Source: Candidatus Micrarchaeota archaeon
GTDB taxonomy: Archaea > Micrarchaeota > Micrarchaeia > Micrarchaeales > CABMGC01
DNA: 64,000 nucleotides
NCBI GenBank assembly: GCA_021812185.1
Contig: JAKAON010000001.1
Location: forward strand, 45,929 to 109,928
Reading direction: 5' to 3'
Part shown: in pieces, positions 48,295 through 58,875 of the stretch
How the letters are laid out: every line of letters starts with the position of its first letter
Numbering within the stretch: position 1 is the first letter of the stretch
The notes under the pieces: generated by a model
What the model was told of the DNA's origin: nothing
Databases searched by the model: none
The model's input: the letters and a program-made list of their open reading frames with translations, nothing else
Program-made: the position numbers and the translations under genes

Positions 48295-49679
48295 TTCTTC
48301 TCTACCCCTTTTATTATGTCCTCGGGCATGAATATCGTCTGTGGCCACTCCCGGTTATACCCTTCTGCCTTGCCTTTCCTTGTTGCATCTATCATCACTT
48401 TGGATCCGAAAGACGGAACATTTGAAGTGTGATCCAAGGTGTCATTTGCAGTGTTTTTTATTATCTGTATATCTCGTTCTGGATCAATTCTAGTGGACAG
48501 CGCCCACATGACTGCACTTTGATCCCGTATGTCAATGTCTTCGTCAAACGCAATTATTATCTTCGTGAATGAGAGTTGGCCGAGACCCAGTACGGAAAAC
48601 ATCGCCTTCTTTGCTTCACCAGGGAATCTTTTCTTGATCGAGATGAAACATAGATCGGTAAACACGCCCTCTGGCGGAAGGAATATGTCGATTATTGATT
48701 CGTTGGCCATTTTTATCAAAGGTTTCATGTATTCGAGCAAGAACTTGCCTATAACAGCATCTTCATGCCATGGATAGCCGACAACGCTTGCTGCATATAT
48801 GGGTTTCTTTTTCATATACACACTTTCGACATGAAATACATTGCATTCTTCAGGTATGGAATAGTAACCAGTGTGGTCACCAAATGGCCCTTCCATTCTC
48901 TTTTCAACTGGATCAACATAGCCGTTTATTATTATTTCTGAATTTGCAGGAACTGGAGGGTATTTTCCATTCTCCATGAGAATCGTGCTCGATCCCCTGG
49001 CTATTCCAGAAAAGACGAATTCGTTCATCCCATGAGGTAGCGGGGCTACTGCAGATATGATATTGTATGGATCCGAACCGATTGACACGCTTATATCGAG
49101 TGTTTTTTTCTTTTCGAGAGCTTCTTGGGAGTGTATTGCGCCGCCTTTCTGTGCCTGCCAGTGCATTCCCGTAGTTGTTTCGTCGTATATCTGCATCCGG
49201 TATATGCCCACGTTCAGTGAACCATCATTCGGACTGCGGGTTATGACCATAGGCAACGTTATGAACTTACCGGCATCATTAGGCCATACCTTTAGAATTG
49301 GCAGTCCAGATAAAGATTCTTGCTTGGTATAGTTCCCTAAATTGCTTTTTGCCACCTTGGGCTTTGCACTAAGCATGGCCTTTGCGCCTTTTATTATGTC
49401 GAGGTGTTGTGATTTTATTCCTGAGAGCAACTCGTTTATATACGGCTCTTTGAATAGTTCATTTAGAGTGCTTGTAGATCCAAATAAGTTTGTGACAATT
49501 GGGATATCGTATCCCTTTACATTGTGGAAGAGCAACGATTTACTCTCGTATTTGTTTGCCTTTCCAGCGATATCTGTGAACGCAGTTATCTCAAGTTCAG
49601 GGTCAGCCGGAGCCCGTACATTTACGAGTCTTCCCTTTTTTGATAGGTATTCGATATATCCCCTTAGATCGCTTATCAT
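48273..49679 (-). CDS. UbiD/MqnL family decarboxylase
   Basis: DLRGYI, DPELEI, WPNDAG, NVGIYRMQ, EGPFGDHTGYY, VMWALSTRIDP, IDATRK. Confidence 0.93.
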   Translation of the reverse strand: MISDLRGYIEYLSKKGRLVNVRAPADPELEITAFTDIAGKANKYESKSLLFHNVKGYDIPIVTNLFGSTSTLNELFKEPYINELLSGIKSQHLDIIKGAKAMLSAKPKVAKSNLGNYTKQESLSGLPILKVWPNDAGKFITLPMVITRSPNDGSLNVGIYRMQIYDETTTGMHWQAQKGGAIHSQEALEKKKTLDISVSIGSDPYNIISAVAPLPHGMNEFVFSGIARGSSTILMENGKYPPVPANSEIIINGYVDPVEKRMEGPFGDHTGYYSIPEECNVFHVESVYMKKKPIYAASVVGYPWHEDAVIGKFLLEYMKPLIKMANESIIDIFLPPEGVFTDLCFISIKKRFPGEAKKAMFSVLGLGQLSFTKIIIAFDEDIDIRDQSAVMWALSTRIDPERDIQIIKNTANDTLDHTSNVPSFGSKVMIDATRKGKAEGYNREWPQTIFMPEDIIKGVEKKWKSLNH

Positions 49680-49724
49680 CAAATCTGCTAAATACTTTAA
49701 CAGCAAGGTATATCTTAATTACAT

Positions 49725-50432
49725 TTGGAGGATATTTTGAAGTCACGCGGGCTTGGAGACCATTGGAAGGAGATTTATGCCACATACCTGAAGATACCAA
49801 GCGTCTATGACAAGACAAACCGTTACATATCCCTATTCCAAGATATCGGATGGCGAAGAGAAGTTTTGGGGATAATAGCAAATAGATTGAGAAACGTGAA
49901 GAGGATATTGATACTCGACGCCGGATCGGGGCCTGGGACGATGTCAGATATTTTAAGGGAGGAGATTAAAGCGAACACTGTGCTTTTGGACTATTCTGTC
50001 CCTATGCTTAACATCGCAAATAAAAAATACGAGAGGATACAAGGATCTTTTGAGAATATGCCATTTAGGTCAGGTATTTTTGACTCTGTAATTATGGGTT
50101 TCTCGTTCCATTCTTCCATCGACATGGAAGAGACGGTAGGCGAACTTGCGCGTGTTTCGAAAAGATATTTGGCAATTGTAGGAATAGGAAAATCGGCAGG
50201 AAAAACGAATATGGCCCTCGGGAAGATTTATCTGCGATATGTAATGCCATTCCTTGCTTATGTTGCGTCCCCAAAACACGCCAAGTACTTCAAGAAGATA
50301 GAGCGAATATACGCTTACATACCTGACAACCTTGAGATGCATAGAATGCTTATGAAGAGATTTAGCACAATTAGATTTGCGGAGAAGGAATTCGGAACCC
50401 TTTTCCAGTTCGTAGGTGAAAAGAGGGATTGA
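49725..50432 (+). CDS. UbiE/MenG family SAM-dependent methyltransferase
   Basis: YDKTNRYISLFQDIGWRR, ILDAGSGPG, ENMPFR..FD. Confidence 0.82.
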   Translation: MEDILKSRGLGDHWKEIYATYLKIPSVYDKTNRYISLFQDIGWRREVLGIIANRLRNVKRILILDAGSGPGTMSDILREEIKANTVLLDYSVPMLNIANKKYERIQGSFENMPFRSGIFDSVIMGFSFHSSIDMEETVGELARVSKRYLAIVGIGKSAGKTNMALGKIYLRYVMPFLAYVASPKHAKYFKKIERIYAYIPDNLEMHRMLMKRFSTIRFAEKEFGTLFQFVGEKRD

Positions 50433-50436
50433 TTGC

Positions 50437-50679
50437 ATGAAACGATCGACACTTAAAATACTTGCATGCCCTATGTGCAAGGCATATCCGCTTAGGATGA
50501 AGGCATTCAAACAGATTTGGATTGGCAGGGAAGAGATAATATCCGAAGGCGTACTAAAGTGCCCTAAGTGCGCAAGGTGGTATCCTATAATTGATGAGAT
50601 ACCTCGCATGCTGCCTGATGGCATGAGACCGAATTATTCAAAATTCGTATCGAAGTATGGCAATAGGATATTGAAATAG
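50437..50679 (+). CDS. Trm112 family protein
   Basis: LKILACPMCK..EGVLKCPKCARWYPIIDEIPRMLPD. Confidence 0.9.
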   Translation: MKRSTLKILACPMCKAYPLRMKAFKQIWIGREEIISEGVLKCPKCARWYPIIDEIPRMLPDGMRPNYSKFVSKYGNRILK

Positions 50680-50768
50680 CCGGATCTTAGTTAGGTTTAA
50701 ATTAGTTTCTTGCCAATAGTATTTGCTTGTACTGGAGATACTTTTCCGGTTTATGTTATTGTGATATT

Positions 50769-51101
50769 ATGGATGTATATGTAGAGAAGGCAAAGTGCAC
50801 GGGATGCGAACATTGCAAGGATGTGTGTCCAGTAGGCGTCTTCGAAATGAAGGATATAAACGGACCTGACGTCAACACAGATTCGGCACCTGAACAGTTC
50901 CAGTGGAAGGGAGTAGAAGACCCAGCCACTTTTGCAAAGTGGAAGGACGTACAAGATGGCCACAACCATTATAAGGAAAAATCCGTAGCCGTCAACGGTT
51001 CGGCGTGCATATTGTGCCAGGCATGCTTAATAGAATGTGAAGGAGAGTGCATTGTCATAACAGACGACAGCAGCACGGTATACCACTCAGTATACAAATA
51101 A
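50769..51101 (+). CDS. 2[4Fe-4S] ferredoxin with long insertion
   Basis: CTGCEHCKDVCP and CILCQACLIEC. Confidence 0.88.
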   Translation: MDVYVEKAKCTGCEHCKDVCPVGVFEMKDINGPDVNTDSAPEQFQWKGVEDPATFAKWKDVQDGHNHYKEKSVAVNGSACILCQACLIECEGECIVITDDSSTVYHSVYK

Positions 51102-51205
51102 CATATTTTTCTTTACTGCTTTGATTGCAAGCAGCAGCTTTTGCCTGCAACAATACCATTAAAAATTCTAACAGGTAAAGGTTAGCTATAGGTATTGTGA
51201 TCTTA

Positions 51206-51976
51206 ATGAAGAGCTTACTGATTGTTGCACTTGGCATTATGATGCTTGCGCTGAATCTTAATGCGTACATGAATGTAACATATCTCAATACGACTGTGAT
51301 ACTAAACCAGAATTCCAGCGCGCATGTTGTAGAGGTGCTAAATCTTTACATATCAAACAGTTCTATTGGTCAGTACACGGATGATAGGGCTGCAATAAAC
51401 CTTACGTTAAGCGACTGGCAAGCTGCGCTAAATACCAACCTTCTTGTAGAACATATACTGAACCCTACTTCGAGCATATACAAATTCACTTTCTTCCCAG
51501 GACCGATAAAGAATATTGGGACCAGCGGGATTGCACAGCTTGAACTCAATTATTATGTAAGGAATGTTACCACCATTAATGAAACAGGACCTAGAATTTT
51601 CAGGTATACTTTCAATCAGTCCGTATTCAATTTCCAGCACACTGCCAGTGGGCAGGCGCTGCCTCAGAACTCACAGCTCAACATAATATTGCCGCAAGGC
51701 GCAAAGATAATATCGCTTTATCCGCTTCCTGATTATCCTCAGATAAGTTTTGTTGGCAACCTTACCGATGCAACTTTCCTTTCATGGCATTCTGGAGAGC
51801 CACTGGCGAAGTTCTCGCTCCAGTTCCTTCTCAGACAATCGCTTGAAAGTGAAGTCATCAGTTATTTCACCGGACTTTATAGATGGATACTCTCATCCGT
51901 ACTTGAAGTCCTGTTCATCCTGATTCTCATAGTGCTTGTATATGTAGGCATTAACAATTATCTTAACAAGATGTGA
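51206..51976 (+). CDS. Exported membrane-anchored hypothetical protein
   Basis: Signal peptide, sequons, C-terminal TM. Confidence 0.7.
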   Translation: MKSLLIVALGIMMLALNLNAYMNVTYLNTTVILNQNSSAHVVEVLNLYISNSSIGQYTDDRAAINLTLSDWQAALNTNLLVEHILNPTSSIYKFTFFPGPIKNIGTSGIAQLELNYYVRNVTTINETGPRIFRYTFNQSVFNFQHTASGQALPQNSQLNIILPQGAKIISLYPLPDYPQISFVGNLTDATFLSWHSGEPLAKFSLQFLLRQSLESEVISYFTGLYRWILSSVLEVLFILILIVLVYVGINNYLNKM

Positions 51977-51981
51977 CTTCG

Positions 51982-53439
51982 ATGCACGAATACGAAGCTG
52001 CCGTACTAAAGGCACTAAAATCCACAAAACATGCGAGCATCGATGAGATTGTAGAAGACACACATCTTGGAAGGGATGCAGTCCTTTGGGCTATAGATAA
52101 TCTTGCAAAAGAAGGAATGCTCGATATAATAAGGGAGGAGAAGGAGCAGGCAGCGCTTACGGATGAGGGGAAGGCGTATGCAAAGAGCGGCTTGCCGGAA
52201 GAAGGTTTGATACAAAAGCTTGCGAACGCCGGGCAAATTTACATAAAGGATCTTGACCCTACACAGCGTAGCATAGGCTTGCAGTGGGCTAAGGCAAAGG
52301 GATTCATAGAGATAGGGGGAGGGTCGATAAAACTTACGCAGGCCGGGGAGAAGGCGCTTGGGAAGGAGACAGTAGAACATGCGGTGCTTGAGGGTATTGC
52401 AAGAGGGGATGTCCAGCACTTGCAAAAGCAGCATGCAGACATAGTACTTGAACTTATTAAGAGAAAGCTTGTAACGATAAAGCGAAATAATGCCATAACT
52501 CAAGTAAAGATAACCTCAAAGGGACATGCCCAGGATATTTTTGATGTACGAAAGGATGAGATAGACAGGATAACAAAGAAGATAATAGTCAATAGAGAGT
52601 GGGAAGGCAAGGAGTTCAAGAGATATGATGTAAGAGTAGATGTTGAAGAGGCGCATGCAGCAAAGTCGCATCCTTTGCGGGATACTATTAATCAAATAAA
52701 GGACGCTTATGCAAAAATGGGCTTTAGAGAAGTCTCGGGCCCTATAGTTGAATCGTCATTTTGGGTGCAAGACGCCCTTATGATACCGCAAGATCATCCG
52801 GCAAGAGACGCACAGGACACATTTTACATAGAGGATCCGCAGAACATAGACATATCTGACAATATGCTCCTAAACAAAGTGGCAAAAGAGCATGAGAGAG
52901 CATGGAACAGCGAATGGAAAGAGGAGCTTGCGCAAAAAGCTATGCTCAGATCACATTCCACAAGCGTGACTGCTAGGTTCCTATACAGCCTCAAGGACAT
53001 CGCAAGTTATGAACTTCCCATAAAGATATTTTCTGTAGGGAGAGTGTTTAGGAACGAGAGCCTTGATTACAGGCATCTTGCAGATTTCTACCAAGGAGAC
53101 GGTATGATAATAGGGGAGCATCTGACGCTTGCAAATCTTTTCGATACACTCACTACGTTTTATAGCTTGCTTGGAATGCGCACAAGATTCATGCCGACAT
53201 ACTTCCCATTCGTAGAGCCAGGAGTTGAGATACAGGCATTTTACAGCAAGAGGAACGAGTGGCTTGAGATGGGAGGCGCCGGAGTATTGCGGCATGAAAT
53301 AATAAATGCAGCAGGAAAAAGATTCAGCGTTCTTGCGTGGGGTTGCGGAATTGAGAGGATAGTCCTTATGAAAAACCCTCATATAAAGAGTGTTACTGAA
53401 CTATACAACAATGGTATAGGGTGGATGAGGAAGAGATGA
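51982..53439 (+). CDS. pheS: Phenylalanyl-tRNA synthetase alpha subunit
   Basis: PQDHPARDAQDTFY, GRVFRNE, TYFPFVEP, WLEMGGAG, AWGCGIER. Confidence 0.97.
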   Translation: MHEYEAAVLKALKSTKHASIDEIVEDTHLGRDAVLWAIDNLAKEGMLDIIREEKEQAALTDEGKAYAKSGLPEEGLIQKLANAGQIYIKDLDPTQRSIGLQWAKAKGFIEIGGGSIKLTQAGEKALGKETVEHAVLEGIARGDVQHLQKQHADIVLELIKRKLVTIKRNNAITQVKITSKGHAQDIFDVRKDEIDRITKKIIVNREWEGKEFKRYDVRVDVEEAHAAKSHPLRDTINQIKDAYAKMGFREVSGPIVESSFWVQDALMIPQDHPARDAQDTFYIEDPQNIDISDNMLLNKVAKEHERAWNSEWKEELAQKAMLRSHSTSVTARFLYSLKDIASYELPIKIFSVGRVFRNESLDYRHLADFYQGDGMIIGEHLTLANLFDTLTTFYSLLGMRTRFMPTYFPFVEPGVEIQAFYSKRNEWLEMGGAGVLRHEIINAAGKRFSVLAWGCGIERIVLMKNPHIKSVTELYNNGIGWMRKR

Positions 53440-53443
53440 TAAA

Positions 53444-55081
53444 ATGGCTGGAGTAAGTTTCAATAAAACATATTTATCAAGGCTCGTTGGAAAGAGCATA
53501 GACTTTGATAAGATTGCCCAGCAGGCAACTAAGATGGGCGTAGAATTCGAAGGAGCTGACAGCACAGAGATGCGTTTTCAGATCACGGCCAACAGGCCGG
53601 ATTTGCTTGATATTGTTGGTTTTGCAAGAGCACTAAAGAATTTTATGCACAAGAGCAAGAAATTCAGCTACAAGATGAAGAGCTCTGCACCATATTTAGA
53701 GATAAATGTAGGCAAGGACGTCTCGGGAATAAGGCCTTTCATATCGGGTATTGTTGCAAAGAACATTGATTTTGATGACCAGTCTTTAAAACACCTGCTT
53801 AATTTTTCCGAGAAGTTCAGCGATATTTTCGGAAGGCATAGGGAGAAGCTCGCAATAGGCATGCACAATTTGGATAAGATAGGCACTGTTCTCAAGTATG
53901 ATGCATTTCCAGATCAGGAATTCGTTGCTCTTGGGGAGAAGAAGAGCATGCTATTTAGCAAGGTGCTCGAAACAAACAAAAAAGGAATCGAGTATGGAGA
54001 TATTATCACATGCCACAAGACACAAAATTGCTATCCAGCCCTCAAAGATTTAGACGGAGTCCTTGCGCTTATTCCAGTAGTGAATTCCGAAAGGACAAAA
54101 ATAAGCACATCGACCCACAACATGTTCATCGACATGACGGGCACATCCAAATATGTAGTGGACAAAGCCGCAGACATGTTTGCAGCGACGCTCATGGATA
54201 TGGGAGCATATATTTATCCGGTAAAGGTGAATTACGGGAAGAAGAGCAATGTTTTCCCAATTATGGAGGAGAGAAGCATAAGTATCCCGCTTGGACAGAT
54301 CGATGAAGTTTTAGGCGTGAGCGTCGGATTTAACAATGCGCTCTCGCTGGCAGAGAAGATGGGGTATGCGTGCTCTTACCTTAACAAGAAAATTGTGTTC
54401 AAGATACCAAGCTATAGATTGGATATCCTTACCGATCAAGATATCATAGAGGACATGGCAATAGCGTACGGATACGAATATATCGCAAATATGCCAATAT
54501 ATTCGACCCAGACGGGCATGCTTGAAGAGAGGACTGAGAAGAACAGGAAGCTTTCTGCAATAATGACTGGACTAGGGTTTGGGGAGATGATGAATTCGTA
54601 TCTCACAAGCGAAAATGAGAATTTCAATAAAATGAGAGTTGCGGCAAACCAAAGCAAGTACATAAAGCTTAAGAACTCAAAAACAGGCAGCATCACTATG
54701 ATGAGAACATGGATACTGCCTTCACTGCTCAAGAACTTCTCGCTTTCAGTTCATGAAAAAATGCCTCAGAAGATATTTGAGGCGGATGTGGTGTTTGCGC
54801 TTGCAAACAAGATGCCAAGCGAAAAATACCATCTATCTGCAGCTATGGCAGATCCAAAGGCGAATTTCAATGATATCAAATCGGTTTTGGAGTCGGTGTT
54901 AAATGAGATACCTGGAGAATACACATTCAGGGCAGCGGCGCATGAAAGTTTTATAGAGGGCAGAGTTGCAGATATAGTTGTTGGGAAGGCAACTGTTGGA
55001 TTCGTCGGTGAACTGCACCCAGAAGTGCTCTCGAACTTTGGTATAGAGGAACCTTGCTTTGGATTTGAAATAATAATATAG
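53444..55081 (+). CDS. pheT: Phenylalanyl-tRNA synthetase beta subunit
   Basis: ITANRPDLL, PSYRLDIL..DIIEDMAIAYGY, MRTWILPSLL, GELHPEVL. Confidence 0.96.
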   Translation: MAGVSFNKTYLSRLVGKSIDFDKIAQQATKMGVEFEGADSTEMRFQITANRPDLLDIVGFARALKNFMHKSKKFSYKMKSSAPYLEINVGKDVSGIRPFISGIVAKNIDFDDQSLKHLLNFSEKFSDIFGRHREKLAIGMHNLDKIGTVLKYDAFPDQEFVALGEKKSMLFSKVLETNKKGIEYGDIITCHKTQNCYPALKDLDGVLALIPVVNSERTKISTSTHNMFIDMTGTSKYVVDKAADMFAATLMDMGAYIYPVKVNYGKKSNVFPIMEERSISIPLGQIDEVLGVSVGFNNALSLAEKMGYACSYLNKKIVFKIPSYRLDILTDQDIIEDMAIAYGYEYIANMPIYSTQTGMLEERTEKNRKLSAIMTGLGFGEMMNSYLTSENENFNKMRVAANQSKYIKLKNSKTGSITMMRTWILPSLLKNFSLSVHEKMPQKIFEADVVFALANKMPSEKYHLSAAMADPKANFNDIKSVLESVLNEIPGEYTFRAAAHESFIEGRVADIVVGKATVGFVGELHPEVLSNFGIEEPCFGFEIII

Positions 55082-55227
55082 CAGATATGTCAAAGTGCTG
55101 CATGAAAATATTTTTTTGAAAGTTAAAATAGGTTTATATAGCTTGATATGCAGTTAATATAGTTTTAAGATTTTTGATGTTACCCAGAGTGTTACATATA
55201 AAAAAATCTGATACAATAGGTGAATCA

Positions 55228-55536
55228 ATGGCATACGACGACGAAGAACCAAGAAACAGCTCCATGCCGGAAAATGTAGTATACGTTGGGAAGAAGCCAG
55301 CAATGAATTATGTTTTGGCAGTAGTTACCCAATTTAACAATGGAGCGAGGAATGTAACAATAAGGGCTAGAGGCAACACCATAAGCAGAGCTGTTGACGT
55401 TGCAGAAATAGCGAGAAACAGATTCGTCACCGATGTTAGGGCACCTCCGAAAGTAGTGATAGGATCCGAGGACCTAACCAATGAAGATGGGACAAAATCA
55501 AAAGTAAGCTCGATACAGATACTTCTTGAAAAGTGA
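55228..55536 (+). CDS. albA: DNA/RNA-binding protein Alba
   Basis: [39 protein letters not shown] upstream. Confidence 0.96.
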   Translation: MAYDDEEPRNSSMPENVVYVGKKPAMNYVLAVVTQFNNGARNVTIRARGNTISRAVDVAEIARNRFVTDVRAPPKVVIGSEDLTNEDGTKSKVSSIQILLEK

Positions 55537-55700
55537 GAAGTAACTGCTTCTTTTTCTTTTTTATTTATCTTGATTATTAGTTATCGTCAATGCGAATTAA
55601 CAGAACATTGCGCTGAAAAGCGTAATTCGTTTATTTCATTCTATTTCGTATTTCATCTAAATATATTTCGTGCGTATCATAACTTAACAGGAGTTTTGAC

Positions 55701-56561
55701 ATGTCGTTCTTAGTAGACGTATTGCGCCTGACAAGGATAGAGCACAGCATAATGCTCGTAATTGCGGTAATTGCGGCAGAGCTCATAGCAGGCAATGGAG
55801 TGTTACCTAATACATACACACTGATTCTCAGCTTTGTTACCCCTATATTCGTGAGCATGTCGGCATTTGCCATAAACGATTACTTTGATATCGAAGTTGA
55901 CACCTTAAATAAGAAGATCAGGCCGCTTACCGAAGGCAAAATGTCACCTAATCATGCGCTTGCAATCGCAGTAATATCAATGATAATAGGTGTTGCTGCA
56001 AGTTACTTGATAAACTGGTACTGTTTTGCGATAGCCCTTATTTTCGGAGCTCTTGCGTTGCTCTATAGCTACAAACTGAAGGAGACGCTATTTATCGGAA
56101 ACGCATATGTCGCATTCTCCATGTCAATACCGTTCGTGTTCGGAAATTATGTTGTTAGCAGCAATATGGGAAGTGCGCTTATTCTTGTTTCGGTGATGAT
56201 ATTCATTGCGGGCCTTGGACGCGAGATACAGGGGACTATCAGAGATTATAAAGGAGATAGCGCAAGGGGCGTGAAGTCGTTACCGAGATGTATCGGCATA
56301 TATTGGTCTTCTATGGCTGCGCTGATCGCGTATATTATAGCAATAGCGATAAGCGCGTATTTGTTCTTTGATGTTAGTCCGTTTTTGGGGAACTTGATTT
56401 TTGGAGCACTTATACTGATAACCGATATCTTGCTTTTATATGCAGGTTTTGGATACCTAAGCAGCAGAAAGCAGCAGTTTTATGACAAAGCCAGAAATAT
56501 ATCGCTTGCAGCCATGGCCATTGCGCTCGTTGCAATACTTATCACAGCCGCTTCACTTTGA
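55701..56561 (+). CDS. Digeranylgeranylglyceryl phosphate synthase (UbiA family)
   Basis: AINDYFDIEVD..RPL, GREIQGTIRDYKGD. Confidence 0.85.
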   Translation: MSFLVDVLRLTRIEHSIMLVIAVIAAELIAGNGVLPNTYTLILSFVTPIFVSMSAFAINDYFDIEVDTLNKKIRPLTEGKMSPNHALAIAVISMIIGVAASYLINWYCFAIALIFGALALLYSYKLKETLFIGNAYVAFSMSIPFVFGNYVVSSNMGSALILVSVMIFIAGLGREIQGTIRDYKGDSARGVKSLPRCIGIYWSSMAALIAYIIAIAISAYLFFDVSPFLGNLIFGALILITDILLLYAGFGYLSSRKQQFYDKARNISLAAMAIALVAILITAASL

Positions 56562-57011
56562 TTTTGGCACATACCCAAACACTTTTCTAAGCCTTTCGAC
56601 TTCTTCTTGCACATCTAGGGGCATATCTCCAGCGCCTTCCATTTGGCGCCGTTTTATCTCTTCGTACAACTGGGCAGTGTCTACTTGATATGTATCGTCC
56701 TTTCCCCTTGGAGTTATGTGCATGTGGATATGGTGTATGGTCATCCCTGAATAATTGCCAACTTGCATTATCAAGTCATATGATTTATCAGTCGCGTACA
56801 TGTCGAGCAATACAGGCAAAGTCTTGTTTAGTGCTCTGAACATGTCTACATACTCTTCCGCAGTAAGTTCGGTTGGGCTCTCAACATGCCTCTTGGGGAT
56901 CACCATAGAATGCCCGGGGACTGCAGGATATTTGTTATATACGACAACCATGTGGTCTGTCTCGTAATATACCTGTTGCATTATCTTTTCGCTGCAAAAC
57001 ACATCCTCCAT
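56553..57011 (-). CDS. HIT family hydrolase (Fhit/Ap4A-like)
   Basis: PAVPGHSMVIPKRH, SGMTIHHIHMHITPR. Confidence 0.9.
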   Translation of the reverse strand: MEDVFCSEKIMQQVYYETDHMVVVYNKYPAVPGHSMVIPKRHVESPTELTAEEYVDMFRALNKTLPVLLDMYATDKSYDLIMQVGNYSGMTIHHIHMHITPRGKDDTYQVDTAQLYEEIKRRQMEGAGDMPLDVQEEVERLRKVFGYVPKSK

Positions 57012-57015
57012 GAGA

Positions 57016-58875
57016 TTATCGCCCCTTTCCTTTGACCTTTTGCTTATTTGATGCGGATTGGTTTGCGTCGTATTTGATTATCATGTACAGCAGGCATGCA
57101 AGGATGATTATAAGCACTGCGGCGATCACAATGAGCACAGTGTATATCAGGTTTATTTGGTCTGAGATTGCATTGATTTGGCTTTCTAGATTGCTAAGTG
57201 ATTCCTGAAGCTGTGCATTAGACTGGACAGGAGCATTTATGAATGATGATATTATGTCGTTATTTGCGGCGTTTAGGGAGTTTGCAAGTTTTGCCATGGT
57301 TATGGCGCTTTCAAGATAGTTTTGCGCAGCAGAGGCGTTCTTTGACTCACCTGCCTGATATAGGTAGAATTTTGCCGAAAGTGCAAACTGGGTTGGCCAT
57401 AGTCCGGAAGTTGCGTTTGCGAAGTATTGTGCAATTGTGTTGGAGATTTGCTGAGTGGGTTGGGAGGTGTTGTATTGAAGGCCTTTTCCAGGAGCAAATG
57501 CAGATGCATATGCAGAGTTGTATAGAGATGCCGCATACATCCCTTTGTTGAAATCCTGCTGGGCTGCCTGGGTGTACTGGTTAGTTCCTATTGATTTATC
57601 AACAGATAGGGCATGCTGGGCCTCGGATAGCAGTGCAGGCGATGTTGCAACGTCCGTACCGTTGTTCATGATATATGCAGCCTTGTACATATCGTTTGCC
57701 GCTATGCACCACCCCATTGCAGGTGCAGCCTGCGACACGCTTGCAAGCAGCTGGTCTGAGTCTCCTGAAGAATTGAAAGCAGCAAGAGTGGCATTGATGG
57801 TCTGATTTGCCCATGTCTGCCTGACCTCTCCGCCTATCACCAATTCATAGTTAGCGCTTGTCATTTGCGGAGGAGAAAGTGAATTGCAGTATGAGGATAT
57901 GTTATTTATTGTTGAGTATGCCGAAGTGGCATTAGAATCATTGTGATTTGCCAGCATGAATGCGTTTATATAAATTAAGAATGCCTGATCCGCACTCGTG
58001 TATGTGTAGCCCTTGTTTAGTATGGCAGTGTAATTTTCTAGGGCTCCGGCCATTACGTTCTTTATGCCGGAATATGAGTTGGGCAGATTATTTATTTCGC
58101 TTTGGGTTGAATTGAACATCATTTGTACTATCTGGTTGAAGTACGCACTGCTGCAATTTGTGCATGTGATATTTGAGCTGTTGAGCCCATTAGTATCGTA
58201 CATTGGAAGCTGAGGCACGCCCAAAGGCTGAGGCATCGACTTCGCGTATGCATAAGGTATCGCTTGCGATACGTTGGAGACTTCCACTACCGGAATGCCG
58301 ATTGATTTGTTTATTATGTAGTAGATGTATCCATAGAGTGTGAATGAGCTTCCTGCAAACATAGGAGAAGCAGGGACTATTATGAACCTCATGCCGTTTG
58401 CTTTTGCAGTGCTTGCCTTGTCATACACCCCTCCGACAGGGCCCACTGCGCCGTTTGAAGATATTGTTCCGGTAAGCGTAAAATTATTTTCAAGCTGCCT
58501 GTGCTGGAATGCAGATATTGCAAGGAGCGTGAATGCTAGCCCTGCACTTGGCCCTGAGACATTTGTGCCTATGTCGCTTATTGTGTATGTGAAGTTATAC
58601 ATCGATTCGTTCACGCCTACATATGACGAAGCGTAGTTTACGGCAGTGCGCGCCGAATAAAGAGTGTCGTTGCCCACATATAGCGGACCATTGATTTTTA
58701 CAGCTCCTGTTCCCCCATTTGTTATAGTTAAGTTGAAAACTGTGAGCGTCCCTGAATTCTCGCTCGATATTACTGCAGGCACATGGACATATGATGTTCC
58801 CACTACGCTTGCAAATGAGCATGAGGATAGAATTAATAGAGTAATCACTGAGAAAAGCGTCTTGTTTGGTAGCAT
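57016..58875 (-). CDS. Secreted membrane-anchored S16 (Lon-like, no ATPase) serine protease
   Basis: Signal peptide, VSGPSAG (Ser), TGTI..GPVGGVYDK (Lys), C-terminal TM. Confidence 0.88.
   Translation of the reverse strand: MLPNKTLFSVITLLILSSCSFASVVGTSYVHVPAVISSENSGTLTVFNLTITNGGTGAVKINGPLYVGNDTLYSARTAVNYASSYVGVNESMYNFTYTISDIGTNVSGPSAGLAFTLLAISAFQHRQLENNFTLTGTISSNGAVGPVGGVYDKASTAKANGMRFIIVPASPMFAGSSFTLYGYIYYIINKSIGIPVVEVSNVSQAIPYAYAKSMPQPLGVPQLPMYDTNGLNSSNITCTNCSSAYFNQIVQMMFNSTQSEINNLPNSYSGIKNVMAGALENYTAILNKGYTYTSADQAFLIYINAFMLANHNDSNATSAYSTINNISSYCNSLSPPQMTSANYELVIGGEVRQTWANQTINATLAAFNSSGDSDQLLASVSQAAPAMGWCIAANDMYKAAYIMNNGTDVATSPALLSEAQHALSVDKSIGTNQYTQAAQQDFNKGMYAASLYNSAYASAFAPGKGLQYNTSQPTQQISNTIAQYFANATSGLWPTQFALSAKFYLYQAGESKNASAAQNYLESAITMAKLANSLNAANNDIISSFINAPVQSNAQLQESLSNLESQINAISDQINLIYTVLIVIAAVLIIILACLLYMIIKYDANQSASNKQKVKGKGR

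Noticed and set aside
55588..55630. Hairpin CGCT-GAAA-AGCG within GCGAATTA/TAATTCGT downstream of alba
   Set aside because: Short, with competing pairings and no recognisable family; plausibly chance.
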